Translations under genes and position numbers: made by a program | NCBI GenBank assembly: GCA_963797555.1 | Contig: CAWCPV010000017.1 | Coordinates: 64,001 to 128,000, forward strand | From: an uncultured Gammaproteobacteria bacterium | GTDB lineage: Bacteria; Pseudomonadota; Gammaproteobacteria; CAWCPV01 | Length of the DNA: 64,000 nucleotides | Direction of reading: 5' to 3' | Notes under the pieces: model-generated | Seen by the model: the letters and a program-made list of their open reading frames with translations, nothing else | What the model was told of the DNA's origin: nothing | Databases searched by the model: none | In this document: piece after piece, positions 55,561 through 64,000 of the stretch | Layout: each line of letters begins with the position of its first letter | Numbering within the stretch: position 1 is the first letter of the stretch

Positions 55561-55885
55561 TGGGGACCCTTGGCTGGGTTGTACCGATGGTTTTCGAGGA
55601 TCGGGTGAGCCAAGCTGAAACGCGTGGAAACGCTATGGACGCTGACGCGACACCCGACAGGCTGCTGGTCTCGGTGACCCCGTTGCGAACCCTTCAGGGC
55701 CCGAGCGCGACTCCCCGTCGCTCAAGCCGCACCCGCCTGCGCATGCACCCCATCCCCCAGGCACATGGGCCGCTCCTGCGCCGCCTTCTCGGCCCCTGGG
55801 GGCCGCGGGGCTAGGATGAGACCCCCAGAGAGGTCCACGAGAACGTCCGGCGCCTGCCGCACAAGGCAGTAACCCCGCGTACTGG

Positions 55886-58129
55886 GTGACCAGACTCTTC
55901 TGGGTTGCCATCATCGCCATTGCAGCACTCACCGTCGCGAGCCATGCGGTGATCCAGCCGGCGCTCGAGGATCAAAAAGGCTATGGGCGCCTTATCGACT
56001 TGGCGGGAAGGCAACGGATGTTGAGCCAGCAGCTCAGCAAGGCGGCCCTGGCCATGCAGCTCGCGCCGCGCGACGGTGAGCTTCACGTTTGGGCGAAGGA
56101 GCTGAAAACCGCTCTCGATGAGTGGAGCGAGACGCACCGAGGGCTGCAGCAGGGCGACCCCGGCCTCGTGCTCCCCGCAGGGACGGTGCCGCGCACCGTG
56201 CAGCGGTTTCCGGAGCTGGAGCCGCATTTCCAGGCGATGCAGAGCGCTGCCCGTGATCTGATCAGCGCTGCCGAGGAAGCGGCCGGCTCGGCCGTGGACC
56301 AGCGGCGTATCCAAAGGGCGGTGAGCCGGATCCTGGACCATGAGGGACCTTACCTTGGCCGGATGAACGACATCGTTTCCCTGTACCGGGTCGAGGCCAA
56401 GGCCCAGGTCCTGCGCATCCAACGTACCGAGCTGGTGCTCGTCGGGTCCATACTGGTGCTGCTGGTGCTGACCGGCCTCTTCGTACTCCGCCCGGCCGCC
56501 CGCACCATGCGCCGACAGGTCGGGCAGCTCATGGAAAGCGAAGAGAGGTTCCGTGTCATGGCCGACACGGCTCCGGTCCTCATCTGGATGTCCGGACCGG
56601 ACAAGGCTTGCACGTACTTCAACAGGGGCTGGCTGGACTTCACCGGCCGCACCCTCGAGCAGGAGGTGGGGTACGGCTGGGCGCAAGGTGTCCACTCCGA
56701 GGACCTGGACCGTTGCATCAAGACCTATGAGCAGGCATTCGAAGCCCGCCTTCCGTTCCGCATGGAATACCGTCTCGCACGCCACGACGGTGAGCACCGC
56801 TGGGTGCTCGACACGGGCGCGCCGCGCAGCGACTTGGACGGGACCTTCGCGGGGTACATCGGGTCGTGCATCGACATCACCGAGCGAAAACGGGCAGAGT
56901 ACGCGCTGCAGCAGGCTCGCGACGCGCTGGAAGAACGGGTCGCGGAGCGGACTGCAAACCTGGTGCAGGCCAATGCGCAGTTGCAGGGCGAGATTGCCGA
57001 GCGCCGGCGGGTTCAGCACGAGCTGGTCAGGCAGCAGGAGACCTTGCGGGCCATTCTGGACAATGCACCCATCGGCATCTGGATGGTTGCAGCGAAGGGT
57101 CGGCTGCGCTTCTTCAACGACACCTTCCGGGAGTGGTTCGAGGTGCCTGGCCCATCGGACCCGGAGGGGACGGACTACGCTGCTCTGTTCGATGCAGCCA
57201 CCACCGCCCGCTGGTGCGCCGCGGACGCCCGGTGCTTGAAGGGCGAGAGCCCTGGCCAGGGTCGCGAACGGGTGCGATTTGCCGACGGGGAATGGCACGA
57301 TCTGGAGGTCATCCGCGCCCCGCTCGCGGAGACCGAGGGTGACCTCCCGGGCTTGGTGTGTCTGGCGGTGGACCTCACCGAGCGGGAGAGCGCAGAGCGG
57401 GCAGCCAAAGAGCATCAAGCAGCCCTGGCCCATGTGTCGCGGCTGAGCACGATGGGCGAGATGGCCAGCAGTATCGCCCACGAGCTCAATCAGCCCCTGG
57501 CTGCGATTTGCAACTATGCCCGCGGGTGCGTACGGCGCCTGGAAGCAGGCTCGGGGGCATCGGAGGAGGTTCTGGACGCGATGCGGCGCGTGGCCGTCCA
57601 GGCGGAGCGAGCGGGAGAGATCATACGACGGATCCGCAACTTTCTGCGCAAGGAGCCTCCGCGTCGGGTTGCGGTCGATGTGAACCACTTGGTTCGGGAG
57701 GTAGCCGACCTGATTGCGCCGGCGGTGCGACAACACGGGGTGCTCTTGCGTCTCGACCTGGCGCAGGAGACACCGCGCGTGCTGGCCGACCCCATCCAAC
57801 TGGAGCAGGTGGTGCTGAATCTGGCGCACAATGCCATCGAGGCGATGCTGGATGACCGTCGTGAGCTGACCATCGAAACCCGGGCCAACGGGGACGCCGT
57901 AGAAGTGGCGGTCCGGGACACCGGACACGGACTCGAACCGGACGCCTTGGGGCGGGTCTTCGACCCGTTCTATAGCACCAAGCCAGGCGGCATGGGGATG
58001 GGCCTGTCCATTAGCCGCTCCATCGTCGAAGCTCAGGATGGGCGCCTGTGGGCCGACGCCGATCCCTCGGGGGGCATGATATTCCGCCTCCGTCTGCCCA
58101 CGCCGGACTGGCCTTCCGCAAGACGCTGA
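55886..58129 (+). CDS. Sensor histidine kinase: NarX/PilJ-type periplasmic domain, two PAS domains, FixL-type kinase
   Basis: IDLAGRQRMLSQ P-box-like motif between two TM helices; AHELNQPL, NAIEA, DTGHG and GMGMGL. Confidence 0.9.
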   Translation: MTRLFWVAIIAIAALTVASHAVIQPALEDQKGYGRLIDLAGRQRMLSQQLSKAALAMQLAPRDGELHVWAKELKTALDEWSETHRGLQQGDPGLVLPAGTVPRTVQRFPELEPHFQAMQSAARDLISAAEEAAGSAVDQRRIQRAVSRILDHEGPYLGRMNDIVSLYRVEAKAQVLRIQRTELVLVGSILVLLVLTGLFVLRPAARTMRRQVGQLMESEERFRVMADTAPVLIWMSGPDKACTYFNRGWLDFTGRTLEQEVGYGWAQGVHSEDLDRCIKTYEQAFEARLPFRMEYRLARHDGEHRWVLDTGAPRSDLDGTFAGYIGSCIDITERKRAEYALQQARDALEERVAERTANLVQANAQLQGEIAERRRVQHELVRQQETLRAILDNAPIGIWMVAAKGRLRFFNDTFREWFEVPGPSDPEGTDYAALFDAATTARWCAADARCLKGESPGQGRERVRFADGEWHDLEVIRAPLAETEGDLPGLVCLAVDLTERESAERAAKEHQAALAHVSRLSTMGEMASSIAHELNQPLAAICNYARGCVRRLEAGSGASEEVLDAMRRVAVQAERAGEIIRRIRNFLRKEPPRRVAVDVNHLVREVADLIAPAVRQHGVLLRLDLAQETPRVLADPIQLEQVVLNLAHNAIEAMLDDRRELTIETRANGDAVEVAVRDTGHGLEPDALGRVFDPFYSTKPGGMGMGLSISRSIVEAQDGRLWADADPSGGMIFRLRLPTPDWPSARR

Positions 58130-58577
58130 CGGGCGACCGACCTCGCCCGAGGCAGCGGCAGGGGCGCGGTGGGGCGGCGCAGTCATTCGTGCCGGGTCCA
58201 ACGACGCCCGCTGCGGGAAGCGGCAGCCGCAGAAGAATGGCTCGCTGCGGTCCTTGCGCCGCCGATCCGCGGGAAAACCCTGAGACATATACGGGGAGGT
58301 CCCAATACCGCGTTCGGCCCAGGTCGCGCAAACTGGTTTTGCGGGTTGGCTGTGCTCTCAGGGATGGCGGGCAAACCAGCTCGCAGGGTTGGCCTCGGCC
58401 GGGACACCCCGGCTGAAGGAACGGCGGCCCCCGGGGCTCGATGCGCCGCGCCTTGCCGTCTCAGTGCAGTAGCATGGGGACCCGGGGCAGACGACGTTCC
58501 GCCGGTTGTTCTGACCGTTGCGCCCGCCCGTTAAGGGAGCGTCAACAGCCCTCCCTTTCCGTGTTCGCGCCAACTTT

Positions 58578-58619
58578 ACCCCCCGCCCCGGCCTCCGGCG
58601 GAGGCGGGGGTTCTTTTTG
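58578..58619 (+). terminator. Putative intrinsic terminator
   Basis: CCCCCGCC..GGCGGGGG stem followed by TTCTTTTT, between convergent genes. Confidence 0.5.
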
Positions 58620-58810
58620 TCCGCGCCCCCCTTTGATCGTCCCTCTAACGAGAGGGCAGCAGCGGCGACAACGCCCGGCGGAGGTCACAGCGGGTCAAGA
58701 CGCGAATGCGGCGGCGCAGGGCACGCGGCGGCGAGTCCTGCCAGCACACCTGAAGGGGGCCGATGACCTGTTCAGCGCCCAACGGCGTGCCTAGGCGAGC
58801 CAGCATCCAC

Positions 58811-59503
58811 CTACGATACCAACCGGTAGCCCACACCGGTCTCGGTCAGGATGTAGCGCGGCCGGGCGGGGTCGTCCTCCAGCTTCTGCCGCAGGTGTGC
58901 AGTGTAGATCCTCAGGTAGTGGGTGCTGTCGGCGCGCGAGGGCCCCCAGACTTCCTTGAGGAGCTGGCGGTGGGTCAGGACCCGCCCGGCGTTGCGGACC
59001 AGCACGGCAAGCAGCCGGAACTCGATGGGCGTGAGGTGGATGGGCTGGTCGCCCCGGAAGACTCGTCTGTTGGCCAAGTCCACGCGGACACCTCCGAGCT
59101 GGATCTCGGCGGGGGCCTGGAGGTTCGCCCGCGCACGCCGTCTCAAGGCCACACGGATGCGGGCCAACAGCTCCCCCACCCCGAACGGCTTGGTGAGGTA
59201 GTCGTCGGCGCCGGCGTCCAGGGCATCCACTTTATCGGTCTCGTGGGTGCGGGCGGAGAGCACGATGACCGGCAGATCGGTCCAGCTCCGCAGATCTCGA
59301 ATCACCTCCACGCCGTCCCTATCGGGTAGGCCGAGGTCCAGGATGACCAAGTCGGGCTTGCGGGTCCCGGCCTCGATCAAGCCCTGCTTGCCGGTCTCGG
59401 CCTCGAACACCTGGAGTCCTTCCGACTCCAGCGCGGTCCTCAAGAAACGCCGGATCGGCTTGTCGTCCTCGATGACAACGGCCGTGAGCGCGGGCTCGCT
59501 CAC
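58811..59503 (-). CDS. kdpE: Response regulator KdpE
   Basis: OmpR-type REC-wHTH, LDLGLPD, THRQLLKEVWG and TETGVGYR; directly follows kdpD. Confidence 0.95.
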   Translation of the reverse strand: MSEPALTAVVIEDDKPIRRFLRTALESEGLQVFEAETGKQGLIEAGTRKPDLVILDLGLPDRDGVEVIRDLRSWTDLPVIVLSARTHETDKVDALDAGADDYLTKPFGVGELLARIRVALRRRARANLQAPAEIQLGGVRVDLANRRVFRGDQPIHLTPIEFRLLAVLVRNAGRVLTHRQLLKEVWGPSRADSTHYLRIYTAHLRQKLEDDPARPRYILTETGVGYRLVS

Positions 59504-62238
59504 GCGGCGGGGCCGGCCTCGGAGGCCAGGTCAGGCTCTGGAGCCTCCGTAACCTCCGGCGCCTCGGTCAGAGGCAGGGAAAAGGTGAACTTGGCGCCGC
59601 CTTCGCGACGGGTCTCGGCCCAGATCTTCCCCCCATGCGCCTCGACGATGGCGCGGCAGATGGCGAGCCCCAGGCCGACCCCTGGCGTGGAGGACTCGGT
59701 CCTGCCGCGGGTGAACTTCTCGAAGATGCGTTCCTCCATTCCAGCGGGAAGCCCCGGACCGTCGTCCGCGACGAACACGCGCAGCTCCTTGCCCTGCACC
59801 CGCGCCCCGACCTCGACGGTGCTCCCGACCGGGGTGTACTTGGCGGCGTTCTCCAGCAGATTGCAGAGCACGCGCTCGATCAGGACCGCGTCGAAATATG
59901 TCAGCGGCAAGCCGGGGGTCAGGTCGAGCCGGACGTGATGCTTGGACAGCGGACGCTCCTCCGCACGAAGGGCGCTGCCGACCACCTCCTCCACCATCTG
60001 CCACTGCATGTTGAGCTTCAGCCCGCCCGCGGTCAGGCGAGCCATGTCCAGAAGGTTGTTGACCAGACCTCCCATGCGCAACGCTTCCTCCTGGATCGCC
60101 GTGAGGGCGTCGCGCCGCGCGTCTTCGCCCACATCGCGGTCCAGGGAAAGGGTGCTGGCGAGCCCGACGATCGCCGTCAGCGGGGTGCGCAGGTCGTGGG
60201 AGATGGCGCTGAGCAAAGAGTTCCGCAGACGCTCCGACTCCATATGCAGCAGGGCGGCTTGAGCGACCTCCACATAATGGACGCGCTCCAGCGCGAGCCC
60301 GATTTGCGCGGCGAAGGTGTCCAGTAGGCGCTGCTGCTCGGGCAGGAAGATCTGCCTGGGGCTACCGGGAACCACCGCGGCCACGCCCCGGGTGCGCATC
60401 GGTGCCTTGAGCGGCAGGTAGTGCACGGGGCTGCCCGGGAGCGTATTCGTGCCCATGCCGGCGGGCTCCTGGTGATCGTAGACCCACTGGGCGATGCCGA
60501 GGTCGAGTTCGGGGGAGGCGTCGGGGACGTCGGGAGGCAAGACGGTGACGGCGACCTTGTCCTGTCCGTCCGGCAGCAGAAGCGCGACCTTCACCTGAAA
60601 CACAGCGTACAGGTGCCGCGCGGCGATCTCGGCGATCTGCGGCATCGTAAGCGCCGCAGCCAGCTCCCTTCCCATCTCGTAGAGCGCTCGCGCGCGGCGT
60701 TCTCGGAACTGGGCGATGCGCGCCTGGTAACGCAGATTGGCGGTGAGGTGGCTGATGATCAGAGCGACCGACAGCAGGACCGCAAAGGTCAGGAGATACT
60801 GAGTGTCGGCCACCGTGAGCGAATGCTTCGGCGGCACCAGGAAGAAATCGAAGGCAGCGACGCCCAGGAAGGAGGCGAAGACGCCGGGGCCGCGGCCGTA
60901 CCGGATGGCGACCAGGACCACGCTCAGCAAGTAAAGCATGACAATGTTGGCCAGGTCGAAGAACCACAGCAGCTTCGCGCCGACGAGGGTCGTGGCCGCG
61001 CAGATGAGAGCGGTCCAGACGTAACGGCGATAGCGCAAGTCGGGCGCACCATCGTACTCGACCAGCCGCGCGGGCGCTTGCGGCCGAGAGACGTCTTCCT
61101 TCCCCTGACCCACGACGTGGACGTCCACGTCGGTGGACCGGCTGGCGAGCCGCTCCGAGACGCTGGGCGTGAGTCGCCGGGACAGCGCCGAGCGCCGGGA
61201 GCTGCCGACCAGGATCTTGGAGATGTTGTGGGTATGCGCGTAGTCGAGCAGGACTTGGGCGAGGTCGGTGCCGGCGAGTGTCTCGGTCTCGGCCCCCAGC
61301 TCCTGGGCCAGCCGCAGAGTCTTCAGGACCTGCCCCCGAGCGCTCGCGGAGAGCCGCTGCAGTCCGGGAGTTTCCACGTACGCCGCCCGCCAGTCGGCGC
61401 GCAGGTCGGCAGCCAGGCAGCTCGCGCTGCGCACCAAGCTCTCGGCTCCGAGCCCGGGTCCTACGCAGGCGAGCAGCCGCTCCTTTGCCTTCCAGACGCC
61501 CTGGATGGCGCGGTCCGTCCGGTACTCCCGCATCTGGGCATCCACGCGGTCGGCGGTCCGCCGCAGGGCGAGCTCGCGCAAGGCAATCAGGTTGCCCTTG
61601 CGGAAGAAATTCTCGGCGGCGTGCTCGGCCTGTCGGGGCAGATAGACCTTGCCCTCCTTGAGCCGCTGCAGCAGTTCGTCCGGAGGCAGGTCCACCAGGG
61701 CAACCTCCTCGGCCAGCTCGAATACCGTGTCGGGCAAAGTCTCGCGCACGCGTATGCCGGTGATCTGGCCGACGATGTCGTTCAGGCCCTCCAGATGCTG
61801 GACGTTGACCGTGGTGTAGACGTCGATCCCGGCGGACAGCAACTCCTCCGCGTCCTGCCAGCGCTTGGGGTGACGTGATCCGAGAACGTTGGAGTGGGCC
61901 AGCTCGTCGAGCAGAAGCACCGCCGGCTTTCGGCGCAACGCGCCGTCCAGATCGAACTCCCGCAGGGTTCGGCCTCGGTACTGGATCCTCTGGGGAGGAA
62001 GCACCTCCAGCCCCTCCAGCAGCTCGGCGGTCTCGGACCGTCCATGGGTCTCCGCCACACCGACGACCACGTCGACCCCCTGCTGCCGGAGCGCGCGCGC
62101 CGCCGACAGCATGGCGTAGGTCTTGCCCACCCCGGCGCAGGCGCCGAAAAAGACCTTCAGACGGCCGCGTCGGCACTTCTCGGCCTCCCGCTGGATCTTG
62201 TCCAGAAGCTGATCGGGATCGGGACGTTGGTCAGTCAT
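59500..62238 (-). CDS. kdpD: Sensor kinase KdpD
   Basis: RPDPDQLL, GVGKTYAML, DELAHSN..KRWQD, USP domain, four TM helices and SHDLRTPL. Confidence 0.96.
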   Translation of the reverse strand: MTDQRPDPDQLLDKIQREAEKCRRGRLKVFFGACAGVGKTYAMLSAARALRQQGVDVVVGVAETHGRSETAELLEGLEVLPPQRIQYRGRTLREFDLDGALRRKPAVLLLDELAHSNVLGSRHPKRWQDAEELLSAGIDVYTTVNVQHLEGLNDIVGQITGIRVRETLPDTVFELAEEVALVDLPPDELLQRLKEGKVYLPRQAEHAAENFFRKGNLIALRELALRRTADRVDAQMREYRTDRAIQGVWKAKERLLACVGPGLGAESLVRSASCLAADLRADWRAAYVETPGLQRLSASARGQVLKTLRLAQELGAETETLAGTDLAQVLLDYAHTHNISKILVGSSRRSALSRRLTPSVSERLASRSTDVDVHVVGQGKEDVSRPQAPARLVEYDGAPDLRYRRYVWTALICAATTLVGAKLLWFFDLANIVMLYLLSVVLVAIRYGRGPGVFASFLGVAAFDFFLVPPKHSLTVADTQYLLTFAVLLSVALIISHLTANLRYQARIAQFRERRARALYEMGRELAAALTMPQIAEIAARHLYAVFQVKVALLLPDGQDKVAVTVLPPDVPDASPELDLGIAQWVYDHQEPAGMGTNTLPGSPVHYLPLKAPMRTRGVAAVVPGSPRQIFLPEQQRLLDTFAAQIGLALERVHYVEVAQAALLHMESERLRNSLLSAISHDLRTPLTAIVGLASTLSLDRDVGEDARRDALTAIQEEALRMGGLVNNLLDMARLTAGGLKLNMQWQMVEEVVGSALRAEERPLSKHHVRLDLTPGLPLTYFDAVLIERVLCNLLENAAKYTPVGSTVEVGARVQGKELRVFVADDGPGLPAGMEERIFEKFTRGRTESSTPGVGLGLAICRAIVEAHGGKIWAETRREGGAKFTFSLPLTEAPEVTEAPEPDLASEAGPAA

Positions 62239-62247
62239 GGCGCGGTG

Positions 62248-62823
62248 TCAGACGGCCCCGTCCAGGGCCAGATTGAGCACCAGAACGTTCACCCGTGGCT
62301 CACCGAGGATGCCGAGCTGTCGGCCCTCGGTGCAACGGTGCACGAGCGCCCGCACCCGCGCCGCCGAGAGATGCCGAGCCGCCGCGACGCGCTCCACCTG
62401 GTAAAGAGCGGCGGCCGGGCTGATGTGGGGGTCGAGGCCGCTGCCCGAGGTGGTCACGAGGTCCACCGGTACGGGCGCCTTTTGACTGGGGTCGGCCGCA
62501 TGCAGCGCCGCGATCCGGGCCTTGACCTGATCCATCAGCGCCGGGTTGGTCGGGCCCAGATTCGAGCCGCTCGATGCGGCGCCGTTGTACGCTTGTGGTG
62601 AGGTGGCGGAAGGCCGGCCCCAGAAGTATTTGGGATCGCTGAAGGGCTGGCCGATGAGCTCCGAGCCGAGAGGCTTGCCATCTTTGCCGGCGATGAGGCT
62701 CCCGTCGGCCTGATGAGGAAACAGCACCTGGGCGATCCCGGTCACCAGGAGCGGATAGGCCACGCCGGTGATCACGGTCAAAATCATGAAGAGCAGACTC
62801 GCGGTTTTCAACTGGTCCAGCAT
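62248..62823 (-). CDS. kdpC: K+-transporting ATPase subunit C
   Basis: [27 protein letters not shown] and [11 protein letters not shown]. Confidence 0.96.
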   Translation of the reverse strand: MLDQLKTASLLFMILTVITGVAYPLLVTGIAQVLFPHQADGSLIAGKDGKPLGSELIGQPFSDPKYFWGRPSATSPQAYNGAASSGSNLGPTNPALMDQVKARIAALHAADPSQKAPVPVDLVTTSGSGLDPHISPAAALYQVERVAAARHLSAARVRALVHRCTEGRQLGILGEPRVNVLVLNLALDGAV

Positions 62824-62845
62824 GACAGCAACTCCTATTGGAGAG

Positions 62846-64000
62846 TTAGACAAGGCCGAGCGTCACCAGCAAGAGATCGATGAGCTTGATGCCAACGAAG
62901 GGCACCACCACCCCACCCACACCATAGATCCAGAGATTATTGCGCAACAGCGCGGCGGCGCCGATGGGACGATAACGCACGCCGCGCAGCGCGAGCGGGA
63001 TCAGGAAGACGATGATGAGCGCATTGAAAATAACCGCGGACAGAATCGCGCTGAAGGGGCTCGCGAGCGCCATGACGTTGAGCGCATTGAGCTGCGGATA
63101 GGTGGTCGCGAACGCGGCCGGGATGATGGCAAAGTATTTCGCCACGTCGTTGGCGATGCTGAAGGTGGTGAGCGCGCCCCGCGTCATCAACATCTGCTTG
63201 CCGACCTCCACGACCTCGATCAGCTTGGTGGGGTTCGAGTCGAGGTCCACCATGTTTCCCGCCTCCTTCGCTGCCTGGGTGCCGGTGTGCATGGCCACCG
63301 CGACGTCCGCCTGCGCGAGGGCGGGCGCATCGTTGGTGCCATCGCCGGTCATCGCGACCAGCCGCCCTTGCGCCTGATGTTCGCGGATGAGGTTGAGCTT
63401 GGCCTCCGGGGTCGCTTCCGCCAGGAAATCGTCGACACCCGCCTCGGCGGCGATGGCGGCGGCGGTCAGCCGGTTGTCGCCGGTGATCATGATGGTCCTG
63501 ATCCCCATGCGCCGAAGCTCGGCGAAGCGCTCCTTGATGCCGCCCTTGACGATGTCCTTGAGCTCGATGACGCCCATCACCCGCGGCCCGTCCGCCACGA
63601 CCAGCGCCGTGCTCCCGCGGCGCGAGACCGTATACACCGTCTTCTCCACCTCGTCGGGGAACGCGCCGCCGAGCGATTGCACGTGGGCGCGGATAGCTTC
63701 CGGGGCACCCTTGCGGATCTGGCGCTGTCCCAAATTGACGCCGCTCATGCGGGTATGTGCGCTGAAAGGCACGAAGCTCGCGCCGAGGGTGTGAATATCA
63801 CGTCCACGGATCCCGAACTTCTGCTTCGCCAGGACCACGACACTGCGCCCCTCTGGGGTTTCATCGGCGAGCGAGGCGAGTTGGGCGGCATCCGCGAGAT
63901 CCTTGACCGCGACGCCGCGGGCATGCAAGAACTCCGTGGCCAGGCGGTTGCCGAGCGTGATGGTGCCGGTCTTGTCGAGCAGCAGCACATCGACGTCCCC
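62846..64000 (-). CDS. kdpB: K+-transporting ATPase subunit B (5' end outside the window)
   Basis: [30 protein letters not shown] and [13 protein letters not shown]. Confidence 0.96.
   Translation of the reverse strand, partial: GDVDVLLLDKTGTITLGNRLATEFLHARGVAVKDLADAAQLASLADETPEGRSVVVLAKQKFGIRGRDIHTLGASFVPFSAHTRMSGVNLGQRQIRKGAPEAIRAHVQSLGGAFPDEVEKTVYTVSRRGSTALVVADGPRVMGVIELKDIVKGGIKERFAELRRMGIRTIMITGDNRLTAAAIAAEAGVDDFLAEATPEAKLNLIREHQAQGRLVAMTGDGTNDAPALAQADVAVAMHTGTQAAKEAGNMVDLDSNPTKLIEVVEVGKQMLMTRGALTTFSIANDVAKYFAIIPAAFATTYPQLNALNVMALASPFSAILSAVIFNALIIVFLIPLALRGVRYRPIGAAALLRNNLWIYGVGGVVVPFVGIKLIDLLLVTLGLV

Noticed and set aside
55560-55880. tRNA or att site next to the integrase remnant
   Set aside because: No cloverleaf, T-loop motif or direct repeat was seen.
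58365-58420. GGGCAAACC as a c-di-GMP-I riboswitch
   Set aside because: It lacks the GAAA tetraloop and the following GACGCAAA element.
58525-58650. Possible KdpE-binding half-sites
   Set aside because: The match is weak, it lies downstream of kdpE, and no gene is there to regulate.

Overview
GC-rich, probably gammaproteobacterial, accessory region that grades into the core kdp operon at the right end. In order: (1) A decayed defence locus on the minus strand, with an SNF2 helicase and a long type III-like Mod methyltransferase. The mod gene is split by a group II intron (2620-4604), an ISL3 (995-2509, 8-bp target duplication) and an IS4/IS50-group element. (2) An RHH-PIN toxin-antitoxin pair and a ParA::rhodanese junction. 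(3) A ~21 kb minus-strand copper/heavy-metal island: TolC-MFP-RND, TolC plus multicopper oxidase, a P1B-3 ATPase, two MerR regulators, three near-identical MerR-type promoters with 20-bp spacers, and many Met-rich or uncharacterised secreted proteins. (4) AcsA-ACP divergent from a Pat acetyltransferase, IS630, a long-chain acyl-CoA ligase and a signal-peptide-bearing YqgE. (5) A c-di-GMP/two-component block (GGDEF-EAL, REC-HD-GYP, ~2000-aa hybrid kinase, truncated hemerythrin start) ending at an integrase remnant. (6) An orphan NarX/PilJ-sensor kinase and kdpBCDE. Many single-base indels, dense at 5.3-8.7 kb, may be long-read errors. The best candidates for new biology are the two-MerR regulon with a metal-blind paralogue and its secreted tail genes, and the intron sitting just after the DPPY motif of mod. 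All calls come from motif recognition by eye; no searches were run.
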